From Halobacteriales archaeon QS_8_69_26 (lineage in GTDB: Archaea; Halobacteriota; Halobacteria; Halobacteriales; SW-7-71-33): 64,000 nucleotides of DNA. Under the pieces are notes generated by a model. The model was not told where the DNA came from and ran no database searches. It saw only the letters and a list, made by a program, of their open reading frames with translations. Shown in pieces: positions 7,426 to 15,084 of the stretch. The stretch's first letter is position 1. Each line of letters opens with the position of its first letter. The position numbers and the translations under genes were made by a program. The DNA lies in contig PXRX01000022.1 in assembly GCA_003023195.1 (NCBI GenBank), positions 14,041 through 78,040 on the forward strand, given 5' to 3'.

Positions 7426-9339
7426 ATGGTCGGTGGGATCGGGTGGCCGGCGTGGCTCACGCTGGGGTCGGGAGTCGCGAACCTCCTGCTGGTGGTCTAC
7501 CTGCGGTCGTACCTCGACAGGCCCGGGGCGGGAACGTTCGTCGGCGTCCTCGCCTGCCAGGCGCTCTGGTCGTTCGCCTACGGCGGGGCACTGTTCGTGG
7601 CGAACCGGACGATAAGCGCCGGCCTGGAGGGGGTCGTCTGGGTCGCCGTCAGCTGGATCGGCGTCTTCTACCTGGCCTTTGCCCTGGAGTACACGGGCCG
7701 GTCCCACCTCCTCGGGTCGTGGTGGTTCCGCGGCATCGTCGCCTTCGAGGTCCTCTCGACGGTGGTGGTAGCGACCAACGACGTCCACCACCTCGTCTGG
7801 CGCGACTTCCGGGTCGACCCGACGCTCGGGGTTCAGACGGCCGCGTACGTCCACGGGCCCTGGGTGTTCGTCCAGTACGCCGCGCTGTTCCTCCTGAGCA
7901 CCTTCGCGGTGTTCCTCCTGCTGGACACGGTCGTCAGCTACGGGCCGCTCTACCGGACCCAGGCGGTCGCCGTCGCGCTGACGCCAGTTCCCCCCGCGGT
8001 CGCGTTCACCCTCTGGACGTTCGGCCTCGGTCCGGTCCCGCGGCTGAACCTCACGCCCGTCGCCTTCATCCCGCACATCGCCCTGGACGTCTTCGCCCTG
8101 TTCCACAGCGACATGTTCGAGTTCAACCCCTCGACCCGGCGCCTGGGCGAACGGGCCGCACTCGACGACCTCGGGACGCCCGTCGTCATCGTCGACGAGG
8201 TCGGGCGGATCGTCAGGCTGAACGACGCCGCCCGGTCGGCGTTCGGGGCCCCGGGCCGGTCGGCGGTCGCCCGGCCCCTCAGGAACCTGCTGGACGACGG
8301 GACCGCCACCGACGGCGGCGCCGGGGCGGGAACCGCCGACCCGTCGGGCCCACGCGAGGGAGCGACGGATCCCGGCGAGGAAACGGTGAATCCCGGCGAG
8401 GGTGGACCCGCCGAGGGAACGGCGATGCCAGACGAGAGTCCATCCCCTGCCGACGGGGGACCGACGACCTCCGACGGGTCCGACGCCCCGCCCGACCCCT
8501 TCGGAGGGATCGACCCGTCGTCCGGCGGCACCGTCGTCCACCGCCGCGACGGGGCGCGGCGGGTGTACGCAGTCACTGGCACCCCGCTGTCGGGCGGCCC
8601 GGGGGGTCCAGTCGGCTACACGCTGGTGTTCCAGGACGTCACCGCCGAGCGCCGCCGCGAACAGCGCCTGGAGGTCCTCAACCGGGTCCTCCGGCACAAC
8701 CTCCGCAACGACCTGAACGCCGTCGAGGGGTACCTGGGACTGGCCGAGGAGCGCGTCGAGGACGAGGCGGTCGCCGAGATGCTGGCGACGGCCGGCGCCG
8801 AGACCGCCGATCTCCTCGCCCTCGGCCAGAAGGCGCGGGAGACGGAGCGTGCCATGGCCGAGGCCGACGCCGCTCCCGTCCCCGTCGCGCTCCACGACCA
8901 CCTCTCGACGGTGGCCGAGGGGTTCGAGCGCCGGTACCCCGACCGGCGGGTGGTCGTCGAGGCGCCCGGCGATGCGTGGGTACGCACGAACCCGCGGTTG
9001 CTGGAGGCGGCCCTCGCCAACCTCGTCGAGAACGCCCTCGAACACACCGACGACCCCGAGGTCGTGGTTGCCCTCGCCGGCACCGATCCCGACGCGGACA
9101 CGGCGACCGTCGAGGTCCGGGACGACGGCCCCGGGATCCCCGACACCGAACTGGCGGCCGTCGAGTCGGGCGCCGAGACGTCCCTCGAACACGGGAGCGG
9201 GCTGGGGCTGTGGCTGGTCACCTGGGCCGTCGAGGCCCTCGGCGGGACCGTCTCCTTCGAGGCCGACGACGGCGGCACCACCGTTAGCGTCGAGGTGCCC
9301 GGACTCATCGACGGCCCGCCCGACGACTGGGAGGGGTAA
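7426..9339 (+). CDS. sensor histidine kinase (N-terminal 7TM domain, PAS, HisKA, HATPase_c)
   Basis: Seven hydrophobic helices at the N-terminus. H-box LNRVLRHNLRNDLN, N-box LVENALEHT, G-boxes DDGPGIP and GSGLGLWLV. A Pro/Gly/Asp-rich insertion of about 75 aa sits in the PAS region. Confidence 0.85.
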   Translation: MVGGIGWPAWLTLGSGVANLLLVVYLRSYLDRPGAGTFVGVLACQALWSFAYGGALFVANRTISAGLEGVVWVAVSWIGVFYLAFALEYTGRSHLLGSWWFRGIVAFEVLSTVVVATNDVHHLVWRDFRVDPTLGVQTAAYVHGPWVFVQYAALFLLSTFAVFLLLDTVVSYGPLYRTQAVAVALTPVPPAVAFTLWTFGLGPVPRLNLTPVAFIPHIALDVFALFHSDMFEFNPSTRRLGERAALDDLGTPVVIVDEVGRIVRLNDAARSAFGAPGRSAVARPLRNLLDDGTATDGGAGAGTADPSGPREGATDPGEETVNPGEGGPAEGTAMPDESPSPADGGPTTSDGSDAPPDPFGGIDPSSGGTVVHRRDGARRVYAVTGTPLSGGPGGPVGYTLVFQDVTAERRREQRLEVLNRVLRHNLRNDLNAVEGYLGLAEERVEDEAVAEMLATAGAETADLLALGQKARETERAMAEADAAPVPVALHDHLSTVAEGFERRYPDRRVVVEAPGDAWVRTNPRLLEAALANLVENALEHTDDPEVVVALAGTDPDADTATVEVRDDGPGIPDTELAAVESGAETSLEHGSGLGLWLVTWAVEALGGTVSFEADDGGTTVSVEVPGLIDGPPDDWEG

Positions 9340-9540
9340 CTGAAGTCTGCCGGCAACTCCGGAGGATCCCGTCCTCTCCCGTCCCCCGACCTACTCCCCG
9401 GTGAGGACCTCCACCTGCCAGTCGTCGTCGGGGATCTCCGCCTCCATCTCGACCTCGACGAGTGCGTCGGGGTCGAGGAGATACTCGCGCAGGGACGGGT
9501 CGACACCGACGGGTCCGGCGGATCAGGACACGGCGGGCCG

Positions 9541-10188
9541 ATGGACGGCCCCGGTGGGATGGGGGGATCCGGGACGATGGGCGGACCCAGCTGGCGGATG
9601 CTCGTCCCCGTCGGGGTCGTCGGGACGGTTCTCGCCCTGACCGGCGGGACCGTCTACTGGGCCGCCCGTCGTGGCTCGTCGTCTACCAGTACCGACCCCG
9701 CGATAGCCACGCTCGAAGGACGGTACGCCCGGGGTGAGATCGACGAGGAGGTGTTCGAGCGACGCCGCGAACGGTTGCACCCTAGAGGCGGGGCCGCAGG
9801 GGGCGACCCGGATCCGGATCCCGGGAAGACGATCCTCCGACTCCACTTTTCACTCACGGCTCGCTGCGTTCGCGTACGTGAGAAGTGGGCCGACCCGGAT
9901 TTGAACCACGGGAAGACGATCCTCCTCGCTTCGCTCGGAGGCTGCGACTTCCCTGATTCAAATCCTTCTGTGGCACTCCTCGTGCTCACGGCTCACTACG
10001 TTCGCGGTTCGCACGAGAAGTGGGCCGACCCGGATTTGAACCACGCCGAGACGGTCCGGGTCGCTCGCTGCGCTCGCTCCCCGGCTGCGACTCGTCTCGT
10101 TCAAATCCGGTCGGTGTCCGGTTTCCGCACTCACGGCTCGCTGGCGCTCGCGTGTGAGTGCGGAAAAGGTGGGCCGACTCGGATTTGA
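9541..10188 (+). CDS. SHOCT-domain membrane protein with an aberrant C-terminal extension read through tRNA-like repeats
   Basis: N-terminal TM helix, then the SHOCT motif LEGRYARGEIDEEVFERRRERL. There is no in-frame stop until 10186-10188, so about 130 extra aa are translated from the repeat region and the end overlaps tRNA-Ile on the opposite strand. Confidence 0.5.
   Translation: MDGPGGMGGSGTMGGPSWRMLVPVGVVGTVLALTGGTVYWAARRGSSSTSTDPAIATLEGRYARGEIDEEVFERRRERLHPRGGAAGGDPDPDPGKTILRLHFSLTARCVRVREKWADPDLNHGKTILLASLGGCDFPDSNPSVALLVLTAHYVRGSHEKWADPDLNHAETVRVARCARSPAATRLVQIRSVSGFRTHGSLALACECGKGGPTRI
9851..10169. repeat. degenerate tandem units (about 134 and 149 bp), each a GC hairpin followed by a copy of the tRNA-Ile 3' acceptor/T-arm segment and an inverted T-arm-like copy
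   Basis: gtgggccgacccggatttgaacc occurs at 9885-9907 and 10020-10042, compared with the true tRNA 3' end at 10170. Hairpins are at 9853-9882, about 9988-10017 and about 10126-10163. Inverted ggatttgaa/ttcaaatcc copies are at 9948-9965 and 10093-10114. Confidence 0.8.
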
Positions 10189-10243
10189 ACCGAGAACCTC
10201 CACCTTATCAGAGTGGCGCTCAACCTAATTGAGCTATCGGCCC
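10170..10243 (-). tRNA. tRNA-Ile (anticodon GAU)
   Basis: Manual cloverleaf: acceptor GGGCCGA/TCGGCCC, D arm GCTC-AATTAGGTT-GAGC, anticodon arm CCACT-CTGATAA-GGTGG, T arm CTCGG-TTCAAAT-CCGAG, discriminator A. CCA is not fully encoded. Confidence 0.9.
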
Positions 10244-10310
10244 ACGCATCACTGGCGTAGACCCCTCCGGTTTGTAAGCGTTTCCTTCCTGCGGTCCGCG
10301 CTGGATCGCC

Positions 10311-10862
10311 TCAGTCCTCGTCGTCGACGTCCTCGAACTCGATGTCGTAGGCGTCGGGGTCCATCTCGTCCCCGTAGTCGTCCGGGCCGGGACCGGGATC
10401 GGTGTCCGGGCCCCAGGTCCCACCCTCCCAGGGGTCGTCGTCGGGTGCCCCGAAGGTGTAGACGTTCCCGGTGGCGAAGCCGTCGGTCCGCTCGTCGACG
10501 TAGGGGACGACGACGTAGCGCTTGAGCGCGGCCCGGATCGGGATCCGGGTGACGGGGAGTGCCAGCAGGAACCCGATGGTGTCGGTGACCAGTCCCGGCG
10601 TCAGCAGGAAGGCCCCGGCGGCGATGAGGAGTCCGCCGTCCATGAGTTCGTTCGTCGGTATCTCGCCGCGCGCGAGTTTCGTCTGGATCCGCGAAATCGT
10701 CCGCCGGCCCTCCGCGCGGACCAGCAACATGCCGACCAGGGCCGTCAGGACGACCAGCAACACGGTGGCCAGCGCCCCCAGGAACTCCGCGGCCACCACG
10801 ACCAGGACGATGGCGTCGACGAAGGGGATCAGCAACAGCAACAGGAACGGCCACCGTCTCAT
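10311..10862 (-). CDS. fxsA: FxsA family membrane protein
   Basis: MRRWPFLLLLLIPFVDAIVLVVVA...LLTPGLVTDTIGFLLALPVTR is the typical FxsA core, with an acidic C-terminal tail. Confidence 0.8.
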   Translation of the reverse strand: MRRWPFLLLLLIPFVDAIVLVVVAAEFLGALATVLLVVLTALVGMLLVRAEGRRTISRIQTKLARGEIPTNELMDGGLLIAAGAFLLTPGLVTDTIGFLLALPVTRIPIRAALKRYVVVPYVDERTDGFATGNVYTFGAPDDDPWEGGTWGPDTDPGPGPDDYGDEMDPDAYDIEFEDVDDED

Positions 10863-11017
10863 ACCCGCCGGTAGCCGCGGGGGCCTCATACACCTTTTGC
10901 ACCGGTCCCCGCCGGTGCCTCCTGCGATCCCGCTTCGGCGGTACGTCGTCGGGCGCGGGACCGGCCGGTTCGGGACAGGGGAAAGTTCTTATCGTCGCCG
11001 CCCGTCGGTCGGAATCG

Positions 11018-11764
11018 ATGTGGAGCATCCTCATGCGGTTCGGGATCGGTGCACCGACGGTAACGACCAGGCCGAGTTCCCCGGTCGTTCCGGGTGAGAC
11101 GGCCGAGGTGACGGTGGACATGGAGGGAGGGAAGGCCGACCTGGAGGCGGACGCGCTGTACGTCGCGGTCGAGACCGAGTACGAACAGGAGACGGAGGAG
11201 GGGACCCAGCACATCGACACGACGCTTCACACCGAGAAACCGATCGGCTCGTTCACCCTGGGGGCCGACGAGCGTCGAACGGAGACCGTCGAGGTGACCG
11301 TTCCCCGGGAGACGCCGGTCACCGAGGGCCACACCGAGGTGTGGATAGAGGCCGGCCTCGACGTCGGCTTCTCTGCCGACCCCGACGACTGGGAGTACGT
11401 CGAGGTCGAACCCAGCGACCGGATGCAGCGCGTGTTCGACGCGGCCGAGGAACTGGGCTTCGGGCTCAGGGAGGCCTACCCCGAGGCCGCCTCGGGCGGC
11501 ATCTTCTCCTCGGGCAAGCCGTTCGTCCAGGAACTGGAGTTCGTCCCCCGCCGCGGCCGCTACCGGAGCGAACTGGACGAACTCGAACTGATCTTCGACC
11601 CGACCGAGGACGCCCTGACGGTGACCGTCGAGGTCGACCGGAGCGGCGGGATGCTCTCGGAGATGATGGGTGCCGACGAGAACAAGGACCAGCTGGTGGT
11701 CGCCGACCAGGACACCGAGGCCGTCACCGAGGAACTGGCCGAACTCATCGACCGCAACATGTAA
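11018..11764 (+). CDS. SpoOM (sporulation-control protein Spo0M) family protein
   Basis: N-terminal ...FGIGAPTVTT..., an arrestin-like repeat region and the C-terminal ...QELEFVPRRGRYRSELDELELIF... are typical of the SpoOM family. Confidence 0.75.
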   Translation: MWSILMRFGIGAPTVTTRPSSPVVPGETAEVTVDMEGGKADLEADALYVAVETEYEQETEEGTQHIDTTLHTEKPIGSFTLGADERRTETVEVTVPRETPVTEGHTEVWIEAGLDVGFSADPDDWEYVEVEPSDRMQRVFDAAEELGFGLREAYPEAASGGIFSSGKPFVQELEFVPRRGRYRSELDELELIFDPTEDALTVTVEVDRSGGMLSEMMGADENKDQLVVADQDTEAVTEELAELIDRNM

Positions 11765-11769
11765 ACTAC

Positions 11770-11960
11770 CCCTCCCTACTCCCTCGGCGCATACGCGCCT
11801 CGGTCCTTGAGGGAGGGGCTTTGATGTGGACTCCCGGCAATCGCCTATCAAACTGCTTGATAGCCGTCGCCGTTCAGCGTCCCACCATTTATACGCACGT
11901 CTACTGGTGCGTCTGCGCTCCCCGACGTGGGCGAGGAACGCAGGCTATGCTGTCGTTTCC
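11770..11960 (-). ncRNA. predicted omega RNA (reRNA) of TnpB, overlapping the tnpB 3' end and the right-end hairpin
   Basis: Inferred from the known TnpB architecture, in which the scaffold is encoded by the 3' end of tnpB plus the right end. The only direct sequence support is the stable hairpin at 11769-11818. Confidence 0.3.
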
Positions 11961-13095
11961 GCAGATACCGTAGCGCGACGTTTTTCGCGCCGTTGTAGTC
12001 CGCATTGATTTCGTACCCACACTTCAGACACATGAACTGCTCGCCATCGCGGTTGTCCTCGTGGGTAAAGCCACAGTCAGTGTGCGAACAGCGGTGACTC
12101 GTATGGTCCGGGTCCACTTGTGCAACTGCAATGCCCTGTTCTGGAGCCTTGTACTCGACGTACTCAAGGAGACGACGGAACGCCCACACGTGATGCCAGT
12201 CAGCATGCGGCAGTCGATCTCGAATATCCGTCAACTCCTCGAACACGATTACATCGCACTCGTGGGTAGCTGCCTCATCAACAATCTCGTTGGCGACAGT
12301 GTGGATATACTGCTTGCGCCATGCTCGTTCTCGGTTTCCGAGTCGTAGCAGGGCGTTGTGTGCGGATTGAGTCCGACGCTGTTGCATCTCTGCCCGACGG
12401 TTTTCAAACTCCTGAATCCAGTGGTCGTACTCGTCACCACTCCAGAACGTGCCCGTTGACGAGACGGCAAGACTGTTGACGCCGAGGTCGATACCGAGGA
12501 CGGTTTGGTGCCCGGTATCGTCCGAACCCGCAACATCGACAGCCTCGCCTTCATCGTCTATCTTTCGAGTTGTGATGTGGAAGTAGAACTCGTCGCTGGC
12601 TTGGTCATACTGGAGTGTACTCGTCCGAAACTCGTAGTCATCGGACAGGACGTACTGTTCGTATGGTGTTGGACTGTCTGCTGGCAGCTCAAAGTCACAC
12701 TCGATCCGTCCGTTGACTGTTGAGAGTGAGATGTTGTTCCGGTAGAAGGTCGCACTGCGTTTGTCGTACACTATGCTCCACGAGGTGAACTCTGGTTTGT
12801 TCGTTCGCTTGCCATTCTTCCAGCGGTCTACACCGCTGTCAACGGCGTGGACGGCACGCCGGATGGCTTCTTGAACGAGGTTCGCAGTCAGGTCGGTTTC
12901 CTCGCGGAGCCGGTCGTAGAGCGCGTTTCTGGCTTTGCTGTTTGATATAACGCAATCTTCGTGACTGATGTTGTCCCAACAGTAGTCACTGGCCTCATTC
13001 GCGCAGTGAAGGAATTGGTCGGCAGTTTTGTGGAGGTCGTCGTGATACTCGTCGGGAACGACGAGTTTGACCGGTGCGGTTCGTCGGACCTCCAT
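11848..13095 (-). CDS. tnpB: RNA-guided endonuclease TnpB (IS1341-type OrfB)
   Basis: 415 aa. RuvC-I GIDLGVN, RuvC-II VIVFEEL, zinc finger CSHTDCG...CLKCG, RuvC-III NADYNGAKN. The full catalytic triad appears intact. Confidence 0.9.
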   Translation of the reverse strand: MEVRRTAPVKLVVPDEYHDDLHKTADQFLHCANEASDYCWDNISHEDCVISNSKARNALYDRLREETDLTANLVQEAIRRAVHAVDSGVDRWKNGKRTNKPEFTSWSIVYDKRSATFYRNNISLSTVNGRIECDFELPADSPTPYEQYVLSDDYEFRTSTLQYDQASDEFYFHITTRKIDDEGEAVDVAGSDDTGHQTVLGIDLGVNSLAVSSTGTFWSGDEYDHWIQEFENRRAEMQQRRTQSAHNALLRLGNRERAWRKQYIHTVANEIVDEAATHECDVIVFEELTDIRDRLPHADWHHVWAFRRLLEYVEYKAPEQGIAVAQVDPDHTSHRCSHTDCGFTHEDNRDGEQFMCLKCGYEINADYNGAKNVALRYLRKRQHSLRSSPTSGSADAPVDVRINGGTLNGDGYQAV

Positions 13096-13456
13096 ATTTC
13101 AGATGTGTATTTAAGGGTACTTAATGATTGGGAGCTAGGCTGGTATTGGCGCGTGGTTTGGGAGGGAATGGTGTCGGCTTCCTCTCCGGCCTACTCGCTT
13201 GTGGTTCCGACTCGGCGTCGGAAGCCCTGCACTCTCTCCTCACGGGCCGCAGGCCCGTTCGGATGGTCAGAGGGACCTCTGGTCCCTCTCGACTTGAGGC
13301 CGAAGGCTCCGCCTCGAAACCGCTGATCGCGACCCCGACGCCATCGTGCAACGGGACCGCCCTGTGGGGGGTCGGAGGACCCTCCCGAAGGGCTCGCTGT
13401 CGGTCGATCCCGCCCCGACCGGAACTTTCTCCCCGGATCGGTCCGTACTCGGATCG

Positions 13457-13897
13457 ATGTCCGACTCGAAGGAGGCGATGCGCCGTGCGCTCGCGCTGGC
13501 CGAGGAGGCGGCGGAGGCGGGGGACGAGCCGTTCGGTTCGGTCCTGGTCTACGACGGGACCGTGATCGCCGCCGAACGCAACACGGTCGTCACCGACGAC
13601 GACGTCACGGCCCACCCGGAACTGAAACTCGCACGGTGGGCCGGCCGGCAGCTCTCCCCCGACGAGCGCCGGGCGACGACGATGTACACCAGCACCGAGC
13701 CCTGCCCGATGTGTTCCGGCGCGATCCGGATCGTCGGCCTGGGACGCGTGGTCTACAGCACCTCCTCGGGGGTCCTGTCCTCCATCACCGGCTCCGAACC
13801 GAGCCTCCCTGCGAGCGAGGTTCTCGGTGACGAGACGACGGTCGACGGTCCCCTCCTTCCGCAGGCCGGGCGGGCGATCCACGAGGACTACTGGTAG
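13457..13897 (+). CDS. CMP/dCMP-type zinc deaminase (nucleoside / tRNA-adenosine / guanine deaminase-like)
   Basis: HPE ... PCPMC zinc-binding motifs (TAHPELKLARW, TEPCPMCSGAI). ATG at 13457. Confidence 0.8.
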   Translation: MSDSKEAMRRALALAEEAAEAGDEPFGSVLVYDGTVIAAERNTVVTDDDVTAHPELKLARWAGRQLSPDERRATTMYTSTEPCPMCSGAIRIVGLGRVVYSTSSGVLSSITGSEPSLPASEVLGDETTVDGPLLPQAGRAIHEDYW

Positions 13898-14000
13898 GAC
13901 GGGACGGACGGTCCATGAGGACTACTGGTAGGATGGGACGGACGGTCCATGAGGACTACTGGTAGGACGGGACGGACGGTCCACGAGGACTACTGGTCGC
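13878..14000. repeat. 34-bp tandem repeat, about 3.6 copies, that re-duplicates the last codons and stop of the deaminase gene
   Basis: Units start at 13878, 13912, 13946 and 13980 (tccaYgaggactactggtaggaYgggacggacgg). Each full unit carries ...HEDYW-TAG. Confidence 0.9.
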
Positions 14001-14227
14001 CCGGATCGCGTGCTGGCGTAATTCCATGCCCGACCCAAAGCCCCGGCCGGAATAAGGGGGCGTGCTACGGGGCCGCCGTCCGCCCCGGACTGGGATACAG
14101 TAACTTTACAGTAAAACGGGGATCCGCCCGACCAGTCGGTTTCGGGTCCGGACTGCTACCGACCGCGGCCTGCCGGGTCGAGGCCGGAAACACCCCGTGG
14201 GATCGCCGCCTGGGAACGAATCGAGGA

Positions 14228-14300
14228 TGGGATCGCCCGGATTCGAACCGGGGGTACAGCGTCCCAAACGCTGAAGGTTACCAAGCTACCCCACGATCCC
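14228..14300 (-). tRNA. tRNA-Pro (anticodon UGG)
   Basis: Manual cloverleaf: acceptor GGGATCG/CGATCCC, anticodon arm CAGCG-TTTGGGA-CGCTG, T arm CCCGG-TTCGAAT-CCGGG, discriminator A. Confidence 0.9.
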
Positions 14301-14325
14301 GCGTTCGGATAGAGGGGCGATCCGG

Positions 14326-14333
14326 TGTAAAAC
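14326..14333 (-). promoter_or_regulatory. TATA-like box upstream of tRNA-Pro
   Basis: On the minus strand, GTTTTACA lies about 26-33 nt upstream of tRNA position 1. Confidence 0.3.
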
Positions 14334-14491
14334 GTTTCGACCCGGCCGCGAGGGGTCGAGTTTCCACGACGGGGCCGCCACGGGCTGCGAGGAGGTCGGG
14401 TTTCCACGCTGCCCCTGGTCCGCGATAGGTGGAGTAGCCGGGGAACCTCCGGGCGTCCCCAGCCCGCAATACCTCACTGGTTGTGTATTTG

Positions 14492-14504
14492 TTTTAAATT
14501 ATAT
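14492..14504 (+). promoter_or_regulatory. TATA box of the peroxiredoxin gene (leaderless-type spacing)
   Basis: ttttaaattatat is centred about 24 nt upstream of ATG 14522, within a locally AT-rich island. Confidence 0.45.
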
Positions 14505-14521
14505 GGGAACGAGATCAGCTC

Positions 14522-15025
14522 ATGATACAGGTCGGCGACACCGCACCGGCGTTCGATCTCCCCGGTACCGACGGCGACGAGGTCGAACGATACCGGCTCT
14601 CGGATTTCACCGAGAGTGGGGCCGCAGTCGTGCTGTTCTACCCGTTCGACTTCAGCCCCGTCTGTACGGAGGAACTGTGCAACTTCCGGGACTCGGAGAT
14701 GCTGACGTTCACCGCCGACCTCGACGTGGTGGCAATTTCGGCGGACAGCGTCTACGCCCACCGGAAATTCGTCCGGGAGAACGACCTCCCGATTCCCCTG
14801 TTGAGCGACCACGACGGTCGGGTCAGCGAGGCCTACGGCGTGCTCTACGACGAACTGGAGGGGCACCCGACGGTGAGCAAGCGCGCTGTCTTCGTCGTCG
14901 ATAGCGAGGAGGCCGTCCGGTACGCCTGGGTCGCCGACGAGTGGACGACCGACCCCGACATCACCGCGGTCTACGAGTGCGTCCGGGATCTCGAGTGCAT
15001 CGAAATCCCGTCCGGTCCGTTCTAG
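14522..15025 (+). CDS. peroxiredoxin (AhpC/TSA, Bcp-like)
   Basis: VVLFYPFDFSPVCTEE contains the peroxidatic Cys motif (PxxxS/TxxC). Confidence 0.85.
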   Translation: MIQVGDTAPAFDLPGTDGDEVERYRLSDFTESGAAVVLFYPFDFSPVCTEELCNFRDSEMLTFTADLDVVAISADSVYAHRKFVRENDLPIPLLSDHDGRVSEAYGVLYDELEGHPTVSKRAVFVVDSEEAVRYAWVADEWTTDPDITAVYECVRDLECIEIPSGPF

Positions 15026-15084
15026 CGTCCGGTCCCCGTCGTTTCCCGCCGGTCGATACCGGTCTCTGTTCCGACCGCGACGGC

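Larger units (their letters stand above)
11765..13135 (-). mobile_element. IS200/IS605-family, IS1341-group element carrying tnpB only (no tnpA)
   Basis: A sharp local drop in GC relative to the flanks coincides with the tnpB ORF. A 9-bp-stem hairpin (cccctccct...agggagggg, 11769-11818) sits at the tnpB-distal end. The exact ends are not determinable by eye; hairpins up to about 13330 may belong to the left end. Confidence 0.7.

Noticed and set aside
9388-9510. A minus-strand coding-looking fragment ...PSLREYLLDPDALVEVEMEAEIPDDDWQVEVLTGE-stop.
   Set aside because: An in-frame TGA lies just upstream, and no ATG/GTG/TTG start gives more than about 18 aa. It is possibly a relic of a lost gene, but it is not supportable as a CDS.
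9885-10042. Whether the two extra tRNA-3'-end-like copies are additional tRNA genes or split-tRNA halves.
   Set aside because: The T-stem cannot pair (cccgTGg.../ccggg) and there is no D arm or anticodon arm upstream. Only the 10170..10243 copy folds into a cloverleaf.
9340-13135. Whether the tRNA-Ile neighbourhood is an integrated provirus or genomic island.
   Set aside because: No integrase, capsid or other mobile genes are present apart from the TnpB element. The flanking genes (FxsA, SpoOM, SHOCT, histidine kinase) have host-like GC. Only att-like scars remain.
13128-13565. The ORFs at 13128..13565 (plus) and 13121..13882 (minus), in or overlapping the tnpB-deaminase spacer.
   Set aside because: Their composition is Arg/Gly/Pro-rich. 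One overlaps the well-supported deaminase CDS out of frame and the other is antisense to it. There are no motifs.
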